A stretch of 64,000 nt of DNA, taken from contig JBFWUP010000004.1 of assembly GCA_050247195.1 (NCBI GenBank), forward strand, positions 64,537 through 128,536, written 5' to 3'. The stretch comes from Candidatus Melainabacteria bacterium. Lineage in GTDB: Bacteria > Cyanobacteriota > Vampirovibrionia > Vampirovibrionales > Vampirovibrionaceae. The notes below the pieces were generated by a model. It was not told the DNA's origin. It saw nothing but the letters and a program-made list of their open reading frames with translations, and ran no database searches. Made by a program: the position numbers and the translations under genes. This document shows positions 11,124 through 21,301 of this stretch, piece by piece; within the stretch, counting starts at the first letter, position 1; each line of letters begins with the position of its first letter.

Positions 11124-11191
11124 AGCGGAATACGGGCGCCTCAGAAAAACGGAAAACGGGAGCTGCGGGTGCCACCCCGCCAGAAAGCCGG

Positions 11192-12553
11192 TTACACCAA
11201 CTGGTGCCGGGCGATAAAATCAGTATACACGTCTTTTCCGGAAACAAATGTCTGATTTTCCATAATTTTCTGATGGAAGGGGATCGTGGTTTTCACACCG
11301 GTAATCACGTACTCACTCAGGGCGCGCCGCATGCGGGCAATGGCCTCGGTGCGCGTCGGCGCCCAGACGATCAGTTTGCCAATCAGGGAATCATAGTAAG
11401 GCGGAATTTTGTACCCGGTATAGGCATGGCTGTCCACCCGCACACCCGGACCACCGGGGGGTATGTAGCCGTCAATGGTGCCGGGGCAGGGCATAAACTG
11501 CTTATCGGGATCCTCAGCGTTGATGCGGCATTCAATGGCATGGCCGGTAATGGTCACATCGTCCTGGTGGAAACTGAGCACCTCGCCGGCCGCCACGAGA
11601 ATCTGTTCCCGGAGAAGATCGCGCCCGGTGATCATCTCGGTGACCGGATGCTCCACCTGAATCCGGGTGTTCATCTCCATAAAGTAAAAGTTGAGCTGGT
11701 CATCACACAGCAGTTCAATGGTGCCGGCGCCCTCATAGCCAATTTTGCGGATGGCCTTGAGAATGACATTGCCCATCGACTCGCGGATGGCGGGGGTCAC
11801 CACGGGCGAAGGCGCTTCCTCAATCAGTTTCTGGTGCCGGCGCTGAATCGAGCAGTCCCGCTCGCCCAGGTGCACCACATTGCCGTGCTGGTCGGCCATT
11901 ATCTGGTACTCAACGTGGCGCGGGTTCTTAATGAACTTCTCAATGTACACGCCATCGTTGCCGAAAGAGGCCTTGGCCTCGGAACGGGCCAGCTCCAGGT
12001 TGGCGGAGAGTTCTTCCTCAAACTCCACCACGCGCATGCCTTTACCGCCGCCGCCGGCCGTGGCTTTAATGATGATGGGATAACCCACCTCTCTGGCCCA
12101 GGCTTTTACCAGCTCCAGATCGCTTTCACCGCCGCCCAGCAGCCCGTCCAGACCGGGCACCACGGGCATGCCCACGTCCTTCATCGTCTGTTTGGCGGTG
12201 GCTTTGTCGCCCATAATGCGGATCATCTCCGCAGAGGGACCAATGAACTTGATCTGGTGATCGGCGCAGATTTCAGCAAACCCGGCATTTTCGGCCAGAA
12301 AACCGTAGCCGGGATGGATGGCGTCGACATTGGCCATCAGCGCCACGCTCATAATATTGGGAATATTCAGGTAGCTCTGGGCCGAGGGGCCAGGGCCAAC
12401 GCAGTAGGCTTCATCGGCCAGCTGAACGTGCAGGCTGTCCTCATCCGCCTGAGAATATATGGCCACCGACTGGATACCCAGCTCCTGGCAGGCGCGAATA
12501 ACGCGAAGCGCGATTTCACCGCGATTGGCAATCAGAATTTTCTGAAACATCAA
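11192..12553 (-). CDS. accC: Acetyl-CoA carboxylase biotin carboxylase subunit
   Basis: The N-terminus reads [20 protein letters not shown] and an ATP-grasp domain follows, over 453 aa. Confidence 0.95.
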   Translation of the reverse strand: MMFQKILIANRGEIALRVIRACQELGIQSVAIYSQADEDSLHVQLADEAYCVGPGPSAQSYLNIPNIMSVALMANVDAIHPGYGFLAENAGFAEICADHQIKFIGPSAEMIRIMGDKATAKQTMKDVGMPVVPGLDGLLGGGESDLELVKAWAREVGYPIIIKATAGGGGKGMRVVEFEEELSANLELARSEAKASFGNDGVYIEKFIKNPRHVEYQIMADQHGNVVHLGERDCSIQRRHQKLIEEAPSPVVTPAIRESMGNVILKAIRKIGYEGAGTIELLCDDQLNFYFMEMNTRIQVEHPVTEMITGRDLLREQILVAAGEVLSFHQDDVTITGHAIECRINAEDPDKQFMPCPGTIDGYIPPGGPGVRVDSHAYTGYKIPPYYDSLIGKLIVWAPTRTEAIARMRRALSEYVITGVKTTIPFHQKIMENQTFVSGKDVYTDFIARHQLV

Positions 12554-12661
12554 AAACCACCTTTTGGAGAGTTATTCTCCCATAAAACCAACCAAAGACC
12601 TCCAATTGACCCACCAAGAAGCGATTCAGGGAGGGGGTTTGGGAAAGGAAACGACCCTCTC

Positions 12662-13180
12662 TCAAACAGACGTATCAATAATAAACAACGGCTGACCAAA
12701 TTCAACGGCCTGGGCGTCGTGCCCAAGAATGGCCACCACCTGGCCGGCCACGTCCGATTCCAGTTCGTTCATCATTTTCATGGCCTCAATAATGCAGAGC
12801 ACCTGACCCTGGGCCACGCGGTCACCCACCTTCACAAAGGCCGGCGCACCGGGGGAGGGGGACATATAGAAGGTGCCCACCATCGGGGCGGTCACTTCCT
12901 GCTGGCCTGGCGTCAGGCCGGCAGGACCGGCTGGCACTGAGGTCGCCGCGGCGGTGACCATGGGGGCCTGGGCAGCCACAGCAGCGGGCGCGGCGCCGGC
13001 CACGGGCAGTTTAATCGTGACTGATCGTTCGCCTTCCACCACCGTAATTTCGGCCAGGCCTTTTTCGTGGGCCAGGTCGGCCAGCTCGCGGATTTGTTCC
13101 TGATCAACGTGCATGGGGGGTTCCTTGTGTTGGGCGGCCAGTTTGCCGTTACCGGCGGACGGTTTATCTTTGGACATCAT
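12662..13180 (-). CDS. accB: Biotin carboxyl carrier protein
   Basis: It has a C-terminal EAMKMMNE biotinylation motif and an Ala/Pro-rich linker. Confidence 0.9.
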   Translation of the reverse strand: MMSKDKPSAGNGKLAAQHKEPPMHVDQEQIRELADLAHEKGLAEITVVEGERSVTIKLPVAGAAPAAVAAQAPMVTAAATSVPAGPAGLTPGQQEVTAPMVGTFYMSPSPGAPAFVKVGDRVAQGQVLCIIEAMKMMNELESDVAGQVVAILGHDAQAVEFGQPLFIIDTSV

Positions 13181-13200
13181 CTGCTCTCCTCGCGGTGGGT

Positions 13201-13758
13201 TCAGGCGCGGTCGAGGTACTGATGCGACCGGGTATCCACCCGGATCACGTCATCCACGTTCACGAAAAAGGGCACCTGGACCACGGCGCCGGTTTCCAGC
13301 GTGGCGGGCTTGGTGCCGCCCTGGGCCGTATTGCCTTTCTCGGAAGGCGGGGTTTCCACCACCTTCAGCTCCACGTGGGGCGGGATATCAATCCCGATAA
13401 TGCGAGTCTCATGCAGGAGCATGTAAACCACCATCTCTTCTTTGAGGTACTGAACGCCATCACCTATCTTGTCTCTCGGCACGGCAATCTGCTCAAACGA
13501 GGAGGTGTCCATAAACGTATAATCCGTACCATCATTAAAGATGTACTGCATTTCGCGCTTTTCCAGGTGCGCGGTTTCCACTTTTTCGCCGGCCCGGAAG
13601 GTTTTTTCCAGCGTCTGGCCCGTCTCCACATTCTTCAGCTTGGAGCGCACAAAGGCAGCGCCCTTGCCGGGTTTCACATGAAGAAACTCGACGATCTGCC
13701 ACAGACCGCTGTCGATCTTGATGGTCAGGCCGGTTTTAAAGTCATTGGAGGTAATCAT
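13201..13758 (-). CDS. efp: Elongation factor P
   Basis: The product begins MITSNDFKTGLTIKIDSGLW…KPGKGAAFVRSKLKN and is 186 aa. Confidence 0.9.
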   Translation of the reverse strand: MITSNDFKTGLTIKIDSGLWQIVEFLHVKPGKGAAFVRSKLKNVETGQTLEKTFRAGEKVETAHLEKREMQYIFNDGTDYTFMDTSSFEQIAVPRDKIGDGVQYLKEEMVVYMLLHETRIIGIDIPPHVELKVVETPPSEKGNTAQGGTKPATLETGAVVQVPFFVNVDDVIRVDTRSHQYLDRA

Positions 13759-13878
13759 GGCGAAATCAGGCTCCTGCAATGGATGGCATGACTGGTTTAT
13801 ACTCTCTCAAGCCCCCGACCGGGGAACCGCATGCCTTTAATGGCAGTAGGGTACCACAACCGGATTTTTTTCAATACG

Positions 13879-14355
13879 ATGACCCCCGCCCCTGCCGAAA
13901 CCCACACCCTGCAGTCCCTGGCCGATCTCGACGTCTGGGCCCGGCGCACATCTTCCCGATTTCAGGCGGGCCACGTGGTGGGCCTCAGCGGCCCCATGGG
14001 CGCCGGTAAAACAACGCTGGTGCAGGCCCTGACCCGTGCGCTGAACGTGGACACACTGCGCGAGACCGTGGCCAGCCCCACGTTTGTTCTGATGCACGAC
14101 TATCTCAGTGGTCGCCTCCCCATTCTCCATGCCGACCTCTACCGGCTGGGCGAAGACCGCAGCGGGGAGGCCGCCCGTGAACTGCTGGATGCCATCGCCT
14201 CCCGTCAGAGTCTGGTGCTGATTGAGTGGGTGGAACTCGCCGATTTTCTGACGCCCTGCCTGACACACCACATCACCCTGCAAGCCCGCCCCGATGACAG
14301 CCGGCTGCTGACCCTGAGGACGATGCGGCAGGAACCTGACCCAGGAAGCCCGTGA
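13879..14355 (+). CDS. tsaE: tRNA t6A biosynthesis ATPase TsaE
   Basis: It has a P-loop (GLSGPMGAGKTTLVQAL) and a YjeE-like size. An internal Met was chosen as the start. Confidence 0.75.
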   Translation: MTPAPAETHTLQSLADLDVWARRTSSRFQAGHVVGLSGPMGAGKTTLVQALTRALNVDTLRETVASPTFVLMHDYLSGRLPILHADLYRLGEDRSGEAARELLDAIASRQSLVLIEWVELADFLTPCLTHHITLQARPDDSRLLTLRTMRQEPDPGSP

Positions 14356-15056
14356 TGACCCCCACCCGGATACTTTACCTGGACACCACCGGCCACACCC
14401 TGATGCTGGCCCTGAGTGAAGGCGACACCCTGATTGACGAACACCGGCAGACCGCCGCCTCTCACCGGTACCATTCCGCGGCGCTCATTCCTTTGGTTCA
14501 CCAGATGCTGGGCGGGCATGGGCTCACGGCGGACAGCCTGACCGGCGTGGCCATTAACCGGGGACCGGGCAGCTTTACCGGCATCCGTACCGGGGTGATG
14601 ACCGCGCGGATACTGGCGCAGTTTCTGCCCCTGACCACCTACGCATTCACGCCTTTTGAACTGCTGGCCTGGGCGGTTCACCAGAAGGCGCCCCACCCGC
14701 AAGGCCGCTACACCATTGCGCTGGACGCCCTGCGGGGCCAGGCCTACGTGGCCGCGCTGACCGTGGCGCAGGGCATCCCCGTGCTGAAGGAGGCGCCTGT
14801 GCTGAAGGTGCTGCCGCCAGAGGCCCCTGCCGGCAAGGTTGTGGCCGATGACACGCTGCACAGCGCACTGAGTGGTTGTGATGTCACGACCGTTCAGACA
14901 CTGAACTGCTTCACGCCGGCAGCCATGCATGCCCTGCTGCGACAGGATGCAGCACGGTACACCCTGCCCTGGGAAGACCTCCTGCCCGTTTACCTGCAGG
15001 ATCCCAATATTACAATGAAGAAGAATGTCCTGGCGCCATCCGGCCCGGTTTGTTAA
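14352..15056 (+). CDS. tsaB: tRNA t6A biosynthesis protein TsaB (YeaZ)
   Basis: The N-terminus reads ILYLDTTGHTLMLAL and the gene overlaps tsaE by 4 bp. Confidence 0.8.
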   Translation: MMTPTRILYLDTTGHTLMLALSEGDTLIDEHRQTAASHRYHSAALIPLVHQMLGGHGLTADSLTGVAINRGPGSFTGIRTGVMTARILAQFLPLTTYAFTPFELLAWAVHQKAPHPQGRYTIALDALRGQAYVAALTVAQGIPVLKEAPVLKVLPPEAPAGKVVADDTLHSALSGCDVTTVQTLNCFTPAAMHALLRQDAARYTLPWEDLLPVYLQDPNITMKKNVLAPSGPVC

Positions 15057-16117
15057 TACCCGCCGGCGTAACCGCTGCCGGAGGACGAACTGTCCATGCC
15101 AAAGCCCTGCATCATCTGATTCATCATCATGGTGCGCAGAAAATTGGGGTCCATCGCCTGGGCGGGACTGGCCGACTGCTGCAGAATGCTCATGCCGCCC
15201 AGGTTGGCTGACTGCATGCCCGGCATCGTCTGCGCGTCATAGGGATTCTGAAAGGGGGAGGCCGCCGGCTGACCCGCGCCGCCGGGCTTGAAAATCTGTT
15301 CCATCGCCTGCCACATCGCCCAGTCATCCATGGATTGCTGAGCCGCCTGGCCTTTCGGGGTTTGTGCGGCGTACCCACCGGGCAGGGAGGAGGCGGCGCC
15401 GGCCATCCCGCCGTTTTTCAGCACGGCAGGCTCGGCAGGCCAGGCCGCAGCCTGCTCGACCGGGGCCACCGTGGCGGCATGAAACCCGTTATTCGTTGCT
15501 GTTGTCCCCGGTGTATTGCCTGTGGCCGGCTGAAACGCCGGCGGGAGGTCCAGGCCGTTTTTCTGCGACTGCGGCAGTTGCGCCAGACCACGCCGGGCCA
15601 GTTCGCGCAGCGTGGCGGCTTCCTGCCGGTCGGGGGCGTTGCCCGCCGACTGCAGAACAGCCGTGTAAAGGTCCCGGGCTTCGTCAAACTGTCTCAGCTG
15701 GGCATTGCTCATGGCCAGGTAATACTGCGCCTTGGGATTGCCCGGCTCCGCCTGGTGCACCTGGGTCAGCAGGGAAAAGGCGCGCGGATAATTACCGCTG
15801 CGGTAGGCCTGGATGCCGTTGGCCAGCAGGGTGGTTTTTAAGGGTGTATTCACCGGGCTCTCTGCCGGGTTATTGGCGGGCGCCTCAGGGCCCACCACCG
15901 GCACTTCTGAGAGACGGACAATCGGATCGCGCTCTGCAGTGGGCCCGGGAGCCGGGGTGGCTTTGGGCGGCACAAAGGGCAGGGGCCCGAATTCATACCA
16001 GGGCTCCAGCTGGTTATCCGCCAGCGCCACGCCGCTGCAAATAAGACTGCCCAAAAAACTGCTCAGGAGCAGGCCTGTCATCAGCCAGCGATTCGGACTC
16101 AGTCGCATGCGACCCAC
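15053..16117 (-). CDS. Secreted TPR-like repeat protein with a Met/Gln/Gly-rich low-complexity C-terminal tail
   Basis: It has a signal peptide, a TPR-like helix pair (YRSGNYPRAFSLL…AQYYLAMSNAQLRQFDEA) and a tail …TMMMNQMMQGFGMDSSSSGSGYAGGY. Confidence 0.5.
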   Translation of the reverse strand: MGRMRLSPNRWLMTGLLLSSFLGSLICSGVALADNQLEPWYEFGPLPFVPPKATPAPGPTAERDPIVRLSEVPVVGPEAPANNPAESPVNTPLKTTLLANGIQAYRSGNYPRAFSLLTQVHQAEPGNPKAQYYLAMSNAQLRQFDEARDLYTAVLQSAGNAPDRQEAATLRELARRGLAQLPQSQKNGLDLPPAFQPATGNTPGTTATNNGFHAATVAPVEQAAAWPAEPAVLKNGGMAGAASSLPGGYAAQTPKGQAAQQSMDDWAMWQAMEQIFKPGGAGQPAASPFQNPYDAQTMPGMQSANLGGMSILQQSASPAQAMDPNFLRTMMMNQMMQGFGMDSSSSGSGYAGGY

Positions 16118-16289
16118 ATCCCTTCTTTCCGCTCGTTCCGGAACGCACTACTCAAGAGTGTAGTGCGTTTTCACGCCATTTCAGCCCCCCCGGCGGAGGA
16201 GATTTCCGCGCAGGCTGGGGTATCGGCCGGAAAGCCGGGGACTTAAGGTTGTGATGTGGGGGCCATTCCCTCTCCCACACACCCCTTCC

Positions 16290-17003
16290 CTAGCGAATCA
16301 GCGCCTTCATGGCGGCCACAGCGGGGCCCAGTCCCGTAAAAATCGCTTCCGCGATGAGGCTGTGCCCGATATTCAGCTCATTCAGCCGGGGGAGGGCCAG
16401 CACCGGCGAGACATTTTCCAGTGTCAGGCCGTGGCCGGCGTTGACTTCCAGTCCCAGATCAACGGCCTGCCGACCGGCAACCATTAAATCCGACAGTGGC
16501 CGCTCATGCGCGCCTTCCAGAAACGCCTCGCAATACCGGCCGGTGTGCAGCTCAATAATTCCGGCGCCGCTCTCTTTTGAAGCCGCCACCTGCCGCGCAT
16601 CGGGATCAATGAACAGACTCACCAGAATCCCGGCGGCATCGCACTGACGCACGGTTTCTTTCAGGGCGTCCAGGTGCCGGACCACATCCAGCCCGCCCTC
16701 GGTGGTCAGCTCCTCACGACGCTCGGGCACCAGGGTGATCATGAATGGCTTGAGTTTAAGGGCGAGCGCCACCATTTCCGTTGTGTTGGCCATTTCCATA
16801 TTCAGGCGCGTGGCGATGGCCACCTTCAGGGCGAACATATCCTCGTCTTTCATATGGCGGCGATCTTCCCTCAGGTGCGCCGTAATGCCGTCAGCGCCGT
16901 ATTCCTCGGCCACCAGCGCGGCCCGGATGGGGTCCGGGTAGCTGCCGCCGCGCGCATTGCGCACGGTGGCCACGTGATCAATATTAACGCCGAGCAGGGC
17001 CAT
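16290..17003 (-). CDS. pdxJ: Pyridoxine 5'-phosphate synthase
   Basis: The product begins LGVNIDHVATVRNARG and contains …ITAHLREDRRH…. Confidence 0.9.
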   Translation of the reverse strand: MALLGVNIDHVATVRNARGGSYPDPIRAALVAEEYGADGITAHLREDRRHMKDEDMFALKVAIATRLNMEMANTTEMVALALKLKPFMITLVPERREELTTEGGLDVVRHLDALKETVRQCDAAGILVSLFIDPDARQVAASKESGAGIIELHTGRYCEAFLEGAHERPLSDLMVAGRQAVDLGLEVNAGHGLTLENVSPVLALPRLNELNIGHSLIAEAIFTGLGPAVAAMKALIR

Positions 17004-17367
17004 GGCGGGTTTCCTTGTGATGCGGGTGAGGGGTAAACACCGGCATTATAGGGCAAACGCAGGGACCGGGAAGCGCCATACCGGGCATGGCCACCGAACC
17101 TTTGACACAATTTTTTACATCAGGACAGCCCGCTCACCACCCGGTTACTTTCGGATCTGAAGGAAGGATTGGGCCACCAAACCGATTGACGGAGGTACCG
17201 GGGCATGGGGGTTTCTGTTATTCTCCGATCCGATTCAGCCGCACCGGTTTTGGACTCATTGACGCCGGTGCCCACGCTCCCGGTGAGCGTTCCGGGCAGA
17301 AGACCCCTCACCCACTGCCCCTCCCCCAGGAAACGATTGCGTTGCGAGAGAGAAAGGATATCTGCGG

Positions 17368-18342
17368 ATGAGATTGTTCCAAGGTGACCGCACTGCCAGA
17401 CTGACCCCATGGATTGCCCCCAAAGGCCTGACCCGGACCCAGTACCCGCTGAACCCTTTTTTCACCCGGTTTAACCCCGCCACCGCCCTGGCATGGCACC
17501 ATCAGTCGGAATCCCTGAGTCTCTTCCTCATTGCCATTATCAGCACACTGGTCATCCTTGCCGGGGCGCCGCAGCCCACCCGCGCCGCCATGGCCTATGA
17601 AGAACCCCTGCGCGAACAGCTGACCGCCGAGACCCTGAACGAGCCGGCCCGCGAACTGATTGAAGATCTGACCGGCATTGACCGCAACAGCGATGAACTG
17701 AACCAGGCCATCGCCCGTTTTCAGTCCTTTCAGCAGAACACCCTGCCCAAAGCGGCCACGGATCTGGCCCTGGAATCGCTCAGCCAGTACACCCGCACGC
17801 TGGTCTCCCTGAACGAAAGCATCCGGCAGGAAGCCGGTATTGATATGATGGACAACCTGCGCGTGGTGCCCCTGCCGCCCATGCTCACCAACGACGAGAC
17901 GACGCCCAAAGCCACCGAAAACGACCACGTGGCCTTTTTCAACCTCGGGCGCCCGGTCCAGACCGCCATTCTCACCTCCCACTTTGGCATGCGCCATGGC
18001 CGCCCGCACCAGGGCATCGATCTCGCCGCCCCCATCGGCACGCACATCACGGCGGCTGAAGCCGGCAAGGTGGTCTTCAGCGGCTGGTACGCCGGTTACG
18101 GCAACCTGGTCACCGTGGATCACGGCAACGGCATTCAGACCCGCTACGCCCACTGCAACAGCCTGGCGGTCAAAACCGGCATGCGTGTTGAGAAGGGCCA
18201 GCTGATCGCCACGCTGGGCACCACCGGCCACTCCACCGGCCCGCACGTTCACTTTGAACTGCTGGTGAAAAGCCACCCGGTCAACCCGGAACGCTTCCTC
18301 GCCAAAAACACCAGGCGCGCCACCCTGCTGGCAATGCACTGA
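17368..18342 (+). CDS. M23 family metallopeptidase
   Basis: It carries HQGIDLAAP…YAHCNSLAV…GTTGHSTGPHVHFEL and an N-terminal TM segment. The start codon is uncertain. Confidence 0.8.
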   Translation: MRLFQGDRTARLTPWIAPKGLTRTQYPLNPFFTRFNPATALAWHHQSESLSLFLIAIISTLVILAGAPQPTRAAMAYEEPLREQLTAETLNEPARELIEDLTGIDRNSDELNQAIARFQSFQQNTLPKAATDLALESLSQYTRTLVSLNESIRQEAGIDMMDNLRVVPLPPMLTNDETTPKATENDHVAFFNLGRPVQTAILTSHFGMRHGRPHQGIDLAAPIGTHITAAEAGKVVFSGWYAGYGNLVTVDHGNGIQTRYAHCNSLAVKTGMRVEKGQLIATLGTTGHSTGPHVHFELLVKSHPVNPERFLAKNTRRATLLAMH

Positions 18343-18364
18343 AAACGGTTTCTTCACCCTCAAA

Positions 18365-18396
18365 CGCCCCTCTCCTGCAAAGAGAGGGGCGTTTTG
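18365..18396 (+). terminator. Intrinsic terminator (cgcccctctc/ctgcaaa/gagaggggcg followed by TTTTG)
   Basis: A perfect 10-bp stem and a T-run lie right after the M23 peptidase stop. The stem also belongs to the REP-like repeat family. Confidence 0.5.
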
Positions 18397-18465
18397 TCGC
18401 CGGGGGATCATCCCGGATCAGCAAAATTTTTGGGTCTCCGGGAAATTGGAGGATAATGGGCGGTA

Positions 18466-18939
18466 ATGACAACCCTCCCCACCCAACCGCCACCCGCCCG
18501 GGAAACCGGCACGCCGTCCGAAACCGTCACGGATTTTTACCGCCTGCTGGAAATCGATCCGGCCGCCAGCCCCGAGGTGGTGAACAAGGCCTACCGGGCG
18601 CTGGTTCAGAAATACCACCCGGATCAGTACCATGTGAGTAAAAAGGCGCGCATGGAAAGCCTGATGAAAGACATTAATCTGGCTTATGAAACCATCAGCG
18701 ACCCCGGACGGCGCCGGGCCTACGACCGGCAACGCCGGCGCGCGGTTCTTGCTGATCATCCCCCCGGCAACTCGCCGTGGCGGCATCCGGTTGTGTGGCT
18801 GGGTCTTCTGGCCGTCATCCTTTTTATGCTGAAACGCACCGGCCGGGCCCTGCTGATGATACCGGCCGGCAAGCTGATGATGCTGGCCGGTCTGGTCATG
18901 CTGTTCTGGGTGTGGCGGCGCCGCAGGATGAAAGGTTAG
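18466..18939 (+). CDS. J-domain (DnaJ-like) protein with C-terminal transmembrane segments
   Basis: It has a J-domain (DFYRLLEIDPAASPEVVNKAYRALVQKYHPDQ) and two C-terminal hydrophobic helices. Confidence 0.7.
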   Translation: MTTLPTQPPPARETGTPSETVTDFYRLLEIDPAASPEVVNKAYRALVQKYHPDQYHVSKKARMESLMKDINLAYETISDPGRRRAYDRQRRRAVLADHPPGNSPWRHPVVWLGLLAVILFMLKRTGRALLMIPAGKLMMLAGLVMLFWVWRRRRMKG

Positions 18940-18943
18940 CCGG

Positions 18944-20020
18944 ATGCCCCTGAAGCCCGACAGCCGGATACTGATTGTGCCGCTCCGTTTTATCGGCGAC
19001 ACCGTGCTGACCATGCCGATGCTTGCCCGGCTGCGGGAACTGATGCCCAAGGCCCATCTCAGCATCCTGGTCAGCCGCGTGACCGAACCTCTGCTGACCC
19101 CCTGCCCGCTGATTGATGAGATACAGCGTGAGCCCAAAGGCATGCTGTCCACACTGCGTATGCTGAAAACCGGCCGGTACGACGCCGTGATTCTGCTGCG
19201 TAAATCCTGGACGATGGCCCTGCTCTGTCAGCTGGCCGGCATCCCTGTGCGGGCGGGCTACGACAAACAGCGCCTGCCCTGGGGTTACCGACGCCCGGGC
19301 ATGTTTCTGACACACCGGGCCATGTACCCGTCTTTAAAAACACGCACCCACCAGATTGAAAGCCATCTGGGTTTACTCACCGCGCTTGGCTTTCCACCGG
19401 CAGCAAACCCGCCGCCCCTGGCCCTGTGGACCACCGCGGAAGACGACCAGCGGGTGGATGCATTGCTTGGCGAATGCGGAATTCCCGCCGACAAACCGCT
19501 GGCGGTTGTGCACCCGGCCAGCGCCTCGCATGGCAAGCAGCTGCCGGTGGAAAAATACGTGGGCGCCATTGAGCAACTCCACCGCAGTGGTCACACCGTG
19601 CTGGCCACCGGGGTCACGCAGGATCAGCCGCTGATTGCCGGGTTGCAGCGGCTGGTGAATGTCCCCATCCATGACCTGAGCGGGCGGACCTCACTGCGGG
19701 AAACCGTGGCGCTTTACCGCCGTATCCGCTGCCTGCTGACAGTGGATTCTTCGCCGGTTCATCTGGCCGCAGCGGCAGGCGTGCCTGATGTGGTGGGCGT
19801 GTACGGCCCCACCAATGAACGCCAGTGGGGTGTGATTCAGCCGGGTGTGACTTTCATCCCGGTATACAACGATTTACCCTGCCGACCCTGCTATGCCAAA
19901 GTGTGCAGCCACAACAACTGCCGCATGCAACTCCCCGCCGAAAGCATCAAGAATGCCATCAAAAGCGTCTGTAAACCCGCTCTCCCTGCCGGAGAGGGTG
20001 GCTCGGGAGGAGCCGGGTGA
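18944..20020 (+). CDS. Glycosyltransferase family 9 (ADP-heptose:LPS heptosyltransferase-like)
   Basis: The N-terminus reads ILIVPLRFIGDTVLTMPMLARL, and …LTVDSSPVHLAAAAGVP… follows. Confidence 0.8.
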   Translation: MPLKPDSRILIVPLRFIGDTVLTMPMLARLRELMPKAHLSILVSRVTEPLLTPCPLIDEIQREPKGMLSTLRMLKTGRYDAVILLRKSWTMALLCQLAGIPVRAGYDKQRLPWGYRRPGMFLTHRAMYPSLKTRTHQIESHLGLLTALGFPPAANPPPLALWTTAEDDQRVDALLGECGIPADKPLAVVHPASASHGKQLPVEKYVGAIEQLHRSGHTVLATGVTQDQPLIAGLQRLVNVPIHDLSGRTSLRETVALYRRIRCLLTVDSSPVHLAAAAGVPDVVGVYGPTNERQWGVIQPGVTFIPVYNDLPCRPCYAKVCSHNNCRMQLPAESIKNAIKSVCKPALPAGEGGSGGAG

Positions 20021-20031
20021 GGGGTTAAACA

Positions 20032-21276
20032 TTACACGTTGCTGGTAATTGTCGAACCCATTTCAAAGATCGGCAGGTAGATGGCAATGGCGATACCGGC
20101 CACGATGGCCCCCACCACCACAATCATAATGGGCTCCAGCAGGCTGGTCATCGCATCCACGGCGCGGTCCACCTCCTGATCCAGAAAGTCGGCCGATTTG
20201 TTCAGCATCTCTTCCATCTGCCCGGTTTCCTCGGCAATGGCGATCATCTTCACCACCATCACGGGGAAAATACCCGTCTGCTCCAGCGGTTTACTGAGCG
20301 TGCCGCCCTGCAGCAGACTTTCACGCGCCTTCTCAAAGGCCACGCGCAATACATAGTTGTCCACCGTACCGGCCGCAGTCGCCAGGCCTTCCGTCAGACT
20401 GACCCCGGCGCCAATGACGGTGGCCAGCGTGCGGACAAACCGGCTGACATACAGTTTCTTGATCGTCAGCCCCAGAATGGGAATGGTCAGAATCCATTGA
20501 TCCACCAGGGCTTTGCCCTGACCCAGCCGGAAGGAGTTAAACCAGAACGTAAAGGTCGCAATGGCAATCAGCATTGCCCACCAGAACTTGACCGTGAAAT
20601 CACTCATCGCAATGACCACGCGGGTGGGCAGGGGCAGCTCCGCGCCAAAGCCGGCGAAGAAAGACTGAAACATGGGAATGACGAAGACCATGATGATGGC
20701 CACAACAAACACCACCACGCCAATGGTGAACGCCGGGTAAATGGTGGCGCCGGTAATTTTGCCCTGAAGCTGCATCAGTTTTTCCAGCAGGGCGGCCAGC
20801 CGTTTGCAGATGGTGTCCATCTCGCCGCTGACTTCACCCGCGCGGATAATGTTGACATACAGGCGGGGAAACAGCTTGGGGAATTTCATCAGCGCGCCGC
20901 TGAAGGATTCCCCGGCAATGACATCGGTACGAACCTGACGCAGGACGGTTTTCATTCCGTCGCTCTCGGACTGCTGCTCCAGCAGAAACAGACTTTCAAT
21001 CAGGGGAATGCCCGCGCTGAGCAGCACCTGGAGCTGCTGCGTCATCACGGTCACGTCTTTCAGGGTGGCCTGCGGTGACAGCATGTCGCCCAGAATCGGG
21101 ACGGACTGGAGCACGTTCTCAACGGAAACCGACTGGATGTCCTCTTCCACCCGGGTGGGAATATGCCCCAGTGTGCGGATCATCTCCTTGGCGACGCGCA
21201 GGTTTTCCGCTTCCACGCGGCCGTCAAACAGTTTGTTGCTGGCCGGGTCAATCGCTTCGTACAGATAGTAAGGCAT
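20032..21276 (-). CDS. pilC: Type IV pilus assembly platform protein PilC (GspF family)
   Basis: It has two T2SS-F repeats and three TM helices. The start was chosen at MPYYLYEAI. Confidence 0.85.
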   Translation of the reverse strand: MPYYLYEAIDPASNKLFDGRVEAENLRVAKEMIRTLGHIPTRVEEDIQSVSVENVLQSVPILGDMLSPQATLKDVTVMTQQLQVLLSAGIPLIESLFLLEQQSESDGMKTVLRQVRTDVIAGESFSGALMKFPKLFPRLYVNIIRAGEVSGEMDTICKRLAALLEKLMQLQGKITGATIYPAFTIGVVVFVVAIIMVFVIPMFQSFFAGFGAELPLPTRVVIAMSDFTVKFWWAMLIAIATFTFWFNSFRLGQGKALVDQWILTIPILGLTIKKLYVSRFVRTLATVIGAGVSLTEGLATAAGTVDNYVLRVAFEKARESLLQGGTLSKPLEQTGIFPVMVVKMIAIAEETGQMEEMLNKSADFLDQEVDRAVDAMTSLLEPIMIVVVGAIVAGIAIAIYLPIFEMGSTITSNV

Positions 21277-21301
21277 GTCAGTGTTTCCTTGGTGAGCAGC
21301 T

